A DNA stretch of 63,978 nt, filler included, from Conidiobolus incongruus B7586 (lineage: Eukaryota): the NCBI GenBank assembly GCA_000697335.1. It is 15 parts of 15 records of this genome, joined end to end, with 100 filler letters (N's around TTAATTAATTAA, not from the genome) between each part and the next. Parts side by side here need not be neighbours in the genome. Positions count along the whole stretch, not along the records: positions 49,634 to 61,632 come from JNEM01005700.1; positions 61,733 to 63,978 come from JNEM01005706.1; 13 more parts are not named here. One strand, written 5' to 3'. Numbering within the stretch: the first letter of the stretch is position 1; every line of letters begins with the position of its first letter. Under the pieces are notes generated by a model that searched no databases, was not told the DNA's origin, and was given only the letters and a program-made list of their open reading frames with translations. Below are positions 55,266 through 63,978 of the stretch, piece after piece. Both the position numbers and the translations under genes were made by a program.

Positions 55266-55361
55266 TTGGTAAACTCGGTTAAGTTGAAAATTTATCCCAA
55301 AATATTTGGAATATAAATTAGTGAAATAAATAATTCAATTAATTTAAAATCTTTGTGAAAA

Positions 55362-56430
55362 ATGTTAACTTTAAAATTAATTAAAAAGAGGAATCAAAGT
55401 TTGAGGACTTTTCACAAATTGAATGGAATAACTATCACAACCGAAGAGTTTCCATTATTCTCTAAAGAACCTACCCTATATTTGTGTCTTACCAATTTGG
55501 GATATGGCGGTGTAGGAGGTATTAAACCTCAAGAACTTTGTCAATTACTCAAAGATTTGGATATAGTTGACTTTCAGTTGATATGCCGCAACGGCAAGGT
55601 AATCATAATATAACAACAATAATGATAATAATAGTTTACAATATATTAATTTTGTTATTTAGCCTTACAGTTTTTTAATTTTTCAAGAGTTACAAAACGC
55701 TCAAAATGCCTATAAATTATTAAATTTTAAAGAGGTGAAAAATTGGAATAAGATCATTTTTTGTGAATATTTAAAAAATCTACCAAATAACAATTTATTA
55801 AATAATAATAATAATTCAACTAATATTGATGGATTAAACCTAATTAATGAATTTTTAACAATTGACGAAGAGCAAAATATTTTGAATAATATCAATAACG
55901 ATACTAATTCTTGGTCTAAAGTTCAAAATCGATTCGTAAAACATTATGGCTATCAATTCGACTACAATACCAACTCATTCGGTAATGCAACATCCGAACT
56001 TCCTGAGTGGGCAAAACGAATTCTACAAAAACTATACCATTTAACACAAGATATCAACATTCGAGATATGGATCAAATGACAATTTCTAAATATCCTTCA
56101 GGAACTGGAATTCCGCCTCACGTCGACGCTCATACTCCATTTGGTCCAGTTATTGTGAGTGTAAGTTTACAGAGTGCCGCACAGATGGAATTTTATAATC
56201 CCCAAACGCAAATTAAACACAATGTGAATTTAATACCAAGATCTGTATTAATCATGTCAGGTGAATCGAGACTTGGTTGGCAGCATTGTATTAGGCAGAG
56301 AATGTCGGATTTAGATGGGAATGGTAATTTAGTTGAGAGAGGGGAGAGAATTTCGTTAACATTCAGAAAGATTAATCCAGATTTAAATTGTAATTGCGAA
56401 TTTGAATACTTGTGTAATAGAACTAAGTAG
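55362..56430 (+). CDS. ALKBH8: ALKBH8-like RRM + AlkB 2OG-Fe(II) dioxygenase with C-terminal Zn site; intron 55599-55662
   Basis: In-frame splice NGK|PYSFLIF (RRM). Motifs RFVKHYGYQFDY, GIPPHVD, WQHCI, RGERISLTFRK, CNCEFEYLC. Confidence 0.87.
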
Positions 56431-57308
56431 TCATCAGATAGCATCAAAATTTTTAATTAATAAAATTAGAATTCACAATTTTAATATTGAATATTTCATA
56501 TCATAATCCATATTTTATAAAATTGCCAATAAATGACTATTGATTAATATTTTCAATTTGATATTTTTTCAATTATATTTTGGACTATTTATTATTCTAT
56601 TCATATTCAATTAAATATTAAAATATTTTAAACTATCAATATTGAATAATTCCTTGATACGAATTTCCAGAATGCCAATTTAAATTCAGGTGCTTGATTC
56701 AGAAATTTCAAATATAAAATTAGTAAATGATAATAGTCACAATGGATAGTGTATATTCATAATTCAATTTAGTATCAATATCATTTGAAAATTTTAATAA
56801 TGTTGAAACTAATACCCTACACTTTAATCGTTAAATCGATTGAGAATTACCGGAAAAATATAGTATGAATGATAACATATTTTAAAAACTGAAAAACTAG
56901 TAATAATAATTATTAATATTCAAGTTTATTAATAGTATCTATTTCATTTAAAACTACAGTTTTTAGAATTGAAAATAAATTATTTTAAATGAGAGATAAT
57001 TTTAAAATTTAATTAAATCTTGATCCAATTTCTAAAGATGAGAAATTAGGAGTTGAATAAAATTCTCACATTAAGTCCAAAATTTCAACCAAAATTTAAA
57101 CTCCTTAATTTAATTCAATTCAATAGAAAAAATTGTAACCAATCACGTTGCGTCATCCAAATTTCATTATTTTAAATAAGCATTCCATTTTTCACTATTG
57201 CAACAACTTTTAAATGCTTAATTGACTAGAATCAACCCAACAAAATATATAATATATTTTATTTTAATTATAATATATTAAAATAACTGTGATTTCATTA
57301 ATTATATT

Positions 57309-58835
57309 ATGACAAGCCGTAATAATCCTAATGGACGTCAAGGCCGACCTGACGGCTCTTCGGGAGGCGGTCATCATTTTCATCCTCTGTTTACGAGAGC
57401 TTTAAATGGTGCTCAAGGCATTAAACGTGCTCCACTATCACCAGTGACAGCTCCCTCTACTCGTGCCACCCCTCCTCTATCAACTCAGGCAACGCCTACA
57501 GTCCATAAAATCTCATCTAATCACAATTCTTCAACTACTATTGTTAATTCATCTACTCTATCTAATAATGGAACATCTAGAAGAAATATACAAATTAAAG
57601 GAACTTTCGCTTTTCAACAAATTTTGGAATCGGCCTCTCGCTCCAACAATCTTTCACCCAAATCTTCCAATACAACTAACACTACAAATAATGTTATTTC
57701 TATTAAAGGATTAGCTAATCGAGAAACTACTAAGCCTAATAACAATAGTGATTATAGTAACACCTCTCATAGTAGATCCTCAGTTCAAGATATTCCGGAG
57801 GAGGGAATCTCACTGAAACGTTTACGTGCTGAGCGCACCGAAAGACTCGAAATTAATTCAAGATATGACCAATCGCATCAGAGCATGTCCAAACATCGTC
57901 GAGGTTCTCAGGACTATAACAGGGGTCATAATAGCACTGATTCGAGAAAGAAGCCCAATTATATTAATAATATCTCTAGCTTGTCTATTGAAACTACAAA
58001 ATCTTCTGTGCAGAATGCATCTCATAGAAATCTCGACAGTCCAAAGTATGGAAAGCAGTTGAGTCCTTTCCAGTCTACTAATCGCAATCCTAACAATGTA
58101 CATTATTCTTCACAAAAAACTGAATCTGTCTCTAACCAGGGTGATACCACCACCACTACTGGTGCTATCACTAATGAAACTGATTCACCTAACACTAACA
58201 CATTCTCTGAACAGTATTATCAGCCATTCGAAGGTTATTATATTCGTTGTCGCTATTTTCCAGTTTGCAATTTAGGAAACAGCTGCAAATTTTACCACCC
58301 TACAGAAATGTGCCCTCTGTACCCCAACTGTCCAGCTCCCAGCAACCAGTGTATGTATATCCATCCCACGACTGAAAAGCCCAAGTTCAATCCAGAACTC
58401 TCTGCCAAAATCCCCTGTCGTTATGGGAAATACTGTCGTACTGTTGGCTGTGGATTTTTGCATACACCCGATATGGAGGAGACCAAATGTAAATATGGTA
58501 AATTGTGCGCGAATGCCGATTGCAAATACCCCCACGACATGAACTACATTCCACCATTTGTCGTGAAGCGGGTCCTTCCCGTCGATCCCGTCACCCGTCT
58601 GCCACTCAGTATCAAAGACACTTTGACCAAACGCTCCAATGAAATCTTGAAAACTTGGCAACACAATATCGACGTGAACACGCGACGCCTCAAAGATGCT
58701 ACAATCGCCAATGCCCAAGAAGTCGCCGCCACCGAGGACTTTGAAATCCACATTGCTGAGGAGCTGCCTCCCAAAGGCTCCAAAGCCACCGTCATCACCC
58801 AAATCATTCCATGCTTTCCTATTGTTTCAGAGTAA
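57309..58835 (+). CDS. Nab2/ZC3H14-like tandem CCCH zinc-finger protein
   Basis: 508-aa ORF with a low-complexity N-terminus and four fingers: CRYFPVC..CKFYH, CPLYPNC..CMYIH, CRYGKYC..CGFLH, CKYGKLC..CKYPH. Confidence 0.8.
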   Translation: MTSRNNPNGRQGRPDGSSGGGHHFHPLFTRALNGAQGIKRAPLSPVTAPSTRATPPLSTQATPTVHKISSNHNSSTTIVNSSTLSNNGTSRRNIQIKGTFAFQQILESASRSNNLSPKSSNTTNTTNNVISIKGLANRETTKPNNNSDYSNTSHSRSSVQDIPEEGISLKRLRAERTERLEINSRYDQSHQSMSKHRRGSQDYNRGHNSTDSRKKPNYINNISSLSIETTKSSVQNASHRNLDSPKYGKQLSPFQSTNRNPNNVHYSSQKTESVSNQGDTTTTTGAITNETDSPNTNTFSEQYYQPFEGYYIRCRYFPVCNLGNSCKFYHPTEMCPLYPNCPAPSNQCMYIHPTTEKPKFNPELSAKIPCRYGKYCRTVGCGFLHTPDMEETKCKYGKLCANADCKYPHDMNYIPPFVVKRVLPVDPVTRLPLSIKDTLTKRSNEILKTWQHNIDVNTRRLKDATIANAQEVAATEDFEIHIAEELPPKGSKATVITQIIPCFPIVSE

Positions 58836-60249
58836 TTAATCTTTCCAATCAAAAACCAGCATTTTAATTGTATTATATCAAACTCCCAAAAAACATCATT
58901 ATTATTATTTTTATCAGAATAAAAAATTTTTAGTATGTCTAAATCTCTGTTTATCCTTAATATGCTATAATTTTAGTTTTATTTTTCTATTTTTTGTTAA
59001 TTTCACTTTGAACTTTATCAATGTTTCCAAATTAAGATAATATTTATATAAATATAACTAAATAAAGTAAATACAGTTCAATTACATTTGAAATTTATCA
59101 AATTTTTATCTAAACATCACATTTTTTTATTTGAACACAATTCAAAATTATTTTATATAATATATAATTTAATCATATATAGAGGTAATTGTAAAAATAG
59201 GTGAATATGAATATATTAAAATTAATATAAATTTTTATAAATTTATAGAATATCAGTGAAATAAAAAATATCATAAATTATATTTTAATAATATTGATAT
59301 CAGTTATAATAAACAAATGAAGAAGAGGTTATGAATTAGTACGTATAAATCAATAAGTACATTACATTTATTTCTTTAATTATTCATAAACTAATCAATT
59401 TTTAATTCATTTACTATTAATTAATTGAAGTTTTTAACTTATTGAGAGGTTAATTAAACTTTAAAAATAATTATTTTTCAAAGTTCGAGATAAATTTCAG
59501 TTGCGTTGATTTATTATGATGAAAAGATATTTAATTGAAATCAATATGATAGGGTGTTAGTAGTGTAACTATTTAATAAAAAATTACCAATATTATGTAA
59601 AAATTTTGGTTATATTACTTAACCACAATTTTTCAAATTAACTCACTCAATTTGGATAATTCAATATCAATATATTGTATTGATATTATATTAATTTTAA
59701 TACTAAACGTTTATTGTAATACTCTCATTTTATAAAAGAATGAGCTAATTTTAAAATTTAATAATATATAAATTTCGGTTTAAATTTTACAAATATTAAA
59801 AATTTTAAATATTTCTTTTCAAGAGAATTGCAATTTTTTAGTCAAGGATGGCAAGATTTAACCATTTGGAGGGCAATCTACTTTAAAATCATTTAAACAT
59901 AATTCTTTTAAAATTGGGATGTGGTTGGGTTAGGCTTTATTAAGAATTATGCTATCAGTTATTAGCTTATATTAGTAATTTTAAATAACATATATATTAT
60001 TTCTAATAAAATAATGCTATATTTCAAAATTTAAGGAATATTTTATATATTTTTTATTCATTAATTATATATTGAATTAATATAATTATGATTGTAATAG
60101 CAAGTACATTTTGGTTTTCAATTAGAATTTAATTTGTTATTTAATTTTAAATTTATTTCCTTAAGTTAATAATTTCTTGATTCATTATAAAATCTAAAAT
60201 TCTTAAAACTAAAGAAAAAAAAGGCTATCTACCAAATATCTTAATCTTA

Positions 60250-61250
60250 TAATAGCATTACCACAAGCTTACAGTGTTTATATTAACAAAATCTTTAAGT
60301 TTTATAATATATTGATTCTAGCCAAGTTTAATATTCTAGTCAAATTGAGGTTTATATTCATCAAATAGTCAAAATTATAAATTTTGAATTTTTTTTATTC
60401 ACCCTTATTTTGGCATTTAATATATCATACTTAAGACTTGATTAATATTCATTATTGATTTTTAAAATTAATAAAGTAATAAATATTAAAATATTTCACT
60501 ATTTTTCTTAACAGCGCCTATGATAAGTAGTGAAAGATATTAAATAGTTTGATATATTTATATCCTTTTGATTGAACATTATATAAAATTATTATTAAAG
60601 CTATAATGTGTAGATTAGCTTAATTTTAGTGATCTTAAAATAGCTTAAATAACTTTATTAATAATTTATATAATATATGTATTATCTGTTCTTTATGAAC
60701 AGTAAAATTAATTAGTTTAAAAATTAAAACTTTATCTTATTAAAATTAAATATATAAGCTATTACCCAATGATGTTATACAGCTTTCGTAGCCAAAAAAA
60801 ATCAAAATATCATAATCCTTGAGACATATGATATAAGGGAGATGCTTCTGATTACTAGCCTATAGAAAATCAACTCTTATTATTAATATTATTCCAAATA
60901 ATATTTAATAAAAATTAACCAGATCAATATTATTTATATTCACTTTATAATGATATATATTGAAGCTCAAGAATGTTAGATTTTAATTTACAAAATCGTC
61001 CTTACATTTCTACAAATAAACTCAGTTTTTACATAAAGCACTTTTAAAATATACAATTGATTACTAAAGACAATATTTATCATAATCCAAAATAGAAATA
61101 TATATTGAATTATATATACTATGGTCATAATTACCAATCTGTTATCACTATGATTTTTGAATAAAAATTTAACAATAAGGTTTATTTTTTTATAATTTAT
61201 ATAAGATTTAATTTTTAATTTCATAATTTTTGATAATAAATGCAATCAAA
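60250..61250 (-). pseudogene. Possible decayed multi-pass membrane protein gene
   Basis: Hydrophobic fragments (HSDNRLVIMTIVYIIQYIFLFWIMINIVF) interrupted by stops and frameshifts. Confidence 0.2.
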
Positions 61251-62845
61251 CTCTTAATTAAATTTATTTTATTCTTTTATATATCTTAAATAATTTTAAC
61301 TATTTTCCCAATAATTTATAAATCAATGGAAAAAATTAAAATTCCATATTTATTTAATATATAAATGATCTAAAAATATAGGTTTATAATCCTATATATA
61401 GACTCAAGGCTATTAACTATTATTTTATATTAATTTTTATATAAAATTTATTAAATATAGTTTTACTTAATTATTAAAACTTCCTTCAAATTTATAAAGG
61501 TAAATAATTTCTTTAATATTTAGTTTCTTTATTTATTTTTATCTAGAGTTTAAATAATATTAAAATAAATCAATGAATATTAAAAAAACTATCAAATAAA
61601 TTTATTATCTATATTTTATTTCTAAAAATTTANNNNNNNNNNNNNNNNNNNNNNNNNNNNNNNNNNNNNNNNNNNNTTAATTAATTAANNNNNNNNNNNN
61701 NNNNNNNNNNNNNNNNNNNNNNNNNNNNNNNNATAGTTAATTAAATTATATAAATATATATATAAGAATTTATGGAATTAATATTAAAAAATTTTATTAA
61801 ATAATTTTTTAAAAAATATATATTTATTAAATTATTAAAAATAAATATAATAAGATAAGATATTTTTAATATATTTTAAAGTTTATTATATAGCTTTTAT
61901 AATAAGATAGCTTATTTATTAAATATATAAATAAATTTTAACCCTAATATATTGAAAATTAATTATATAGTTAATATAGTATTATCTAATATTATTATTA
62001 TCAATAAATTAATCTAGTTTTGAGATTTTCAATAAATTAAAAAAGTATCAAAATTTTCAAAATAAGTTTTGATTTTAAAAATATAAAAAAAAGTTTAACC
62101 TCAAAGTTCAAAATATTTTCAAAATTTAAATTAATAAATTCAATCTTAAATCGGTTGTAAAATAATAACAAGTATTTTAGATTTTAACTAAATTTAAATA
62201 AGATAGATATAACAAACTATTATTTTAAATAAATAAATATAATAACTTTATATTTAAAAAAAATTTCTAAATAACTTTGAGTATTGTTATTTTTTGATCG
62301 TTTAATTTTCTTCTAGATTTAATTGAATAAAGAAAATAATATACTTAATATTAAATTATAATTTAATAATATTTAAAAATAAATTTAAAACTTTATTACA
62401 ATTAATATGATTTATGTTAAAATCTGTTGATTTATTTATAGAGATTTTGAGTAAATATTTAAGTTAATAGATATAAATATCATGATTAAATTAATTAATA
62501 TTAAAATAAGCTTATATCATTTGTTTTAAGGTTTTAATCATTTTTCAAAGATATATGAGTTTGATAATAATTAATAATAGATATAACCAAGTTAATCTTA
62601 AGGAAAATAAATAATAACCTCCAAACTTAGAATTAAAATTAATTATTTTTATTTGATATAATTATTGATCAGATATATATTAGATAAAACTATTAAAAAA
62701 TAATAATTATATACTGCTCTTAATTATAAATTATTTTAAATTACGAATAAAACTAATATATTTAAAAAATAAATTAATTAAAGTTATTAAGTTATTATAA
62801 TTAATTATTGATTTAAAGACTTTTATATAATTATGTTAAATTTAT

Positions 62846-63653
62846 TATTCCTTTATATCTCAAATAATAAGAATTTTTTTATAATCAAAAACTAATATAT
62901 ATTTTGATATATAATATATAATAATAAATATATAATATAAATTTAATGATTCCTATTATTATTATTAACTTTTTACCTTATTTTTGGTAAATTTTTAAGA
63001 CTTAAAAAAAGTGTTTTTTATTATAGGCTAAAATTTGATATTTTACAAACTAATTAAATTTTTATATAAAAATTTTTTATAAATTGTTTTTTTAATTACC
63101 TAAAATAATTATAATTATATAGGTTATAATTCAAAAAATATACTAAATATGGTAGTTTTTTTATTTATTTTTTATTAGAAAATTTTTTTATAATATTTAA
63201 TTTATATATTTTTATATAATTTAATAGAATAATAAATTTTTTTGAATTATATCAAGATCATCAATTAAAAATAATTTAATTCACAAAATAATATAAAGTT
63301 AATAATTATTAGATTTTTCTATAGAAATTAAATAAGATTAATATATATCATCATATTCCATTATAATAATTAACATTTATTTATTAATATAATACTTTTT
63401 TAAAAGGATTTATAAATGGGGTTGATTTTACTTAATCTAGCTTTTTGATTTGTATTTTAAAAATAACTTATATATAAGAATTTAAATTGATCAATTATAG
63501 TTATTTACTATAAAAGCTTAGGTTTCAGATAATATTTTAGTAAATTTTATTTAATAATAGTTATTCTAGCTTATTTTTAAGCTTTAGTTAAATTATAAAA
63601 TGCCTATTTTATATTTTTATATATTAATTTAAGTTTACACTTTAATATATATA
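62846..63653 (-). mobile_element. mariner 3' two-thirds, interrupted by a Tc1 insertion
   Basis: Reverse complement aligns with ~9410-10222, including the right TIR. Confidence 0.8.
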
Positions 63654-63978
63654 CATTAGCCTACAAAAATGAGTTATAAAATTAAAAATATTTATATTTT
63701 TATGAATATCTGTATCAACTCTAATTTTAATAAACTTATATTAAACTATGTAATTAATATATATTTTTTATTTATAATATAATATATAAAGTTAAATTGA
63801 ATTAATTATTAATTGATATATTAAAACTAAAAATATATTTAAGGTAATAAATTTGTAAATATTAATATTGTTAAAAAAATTAATATTTAATATATTTATC
63901 TTTTGCTTTCTTAATATCCTTAATTTAATAAAATATAAAGTTAACCAACTTTTTATATTAAAAAAATTTAATCTTGTT
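63654..63978 (-). mobile_element. Tc1-family element end nested in the mariner
   Basis: ta-cattagcctacaaaaatgagttataaaat, then similarity to 12120-12420. Confidence 0.82.

Noticed and set aside
3011..61732. Recurrent N-TTAATTAATTAA-N blocks (14 of them) that look like a regular repeat
   Set aside because: Artificial all-frame-stop scaffolding linker inside ~100-nt gaps. Not biological, and adjacency across gaps is uncertain.

Overview
Eukaryotic, extremely AT-rich draft-assembly window with 14 N-gaps, each holding a TTAATTAATTAA linker. Gene content, very short AT-rich GT-AG introns, bacterial-type CAP domains, a Tra2 orthologue and an RRM-AlkB protein point to an early-diverging fungus, possibly Entomophthoromycotina (inference only). 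Bases 1-20,200 and several later blocks are a transposon graveyard: Ty3/Gypsy remnants (one with a chromodomain), at least 7 copies of a DD34E Tc1 element with IR/DR-type ends, at least 7 copies of a DD34D mariner, and a small MITE. Where I traced them, the transposase frames are still collinear but riddled with C>T/G>A changes. This RIP-like signature is the main finding. Genes: tRNA-Asn, two secreted CAP proteins, an SDT1-like nucleotidase pseudogene, two divergent intronless alpha-tubulins with patchy identical tracts, mL45/Mba1, Tra2, HTD2-like, COA4, ALKBH8-like and Nab2-like. An oriented TCCCAT motif sits upstream of most housekeeping genes. All calls come from manual translation and motif recognition; no searches were run, and TE boundaries are approximate.
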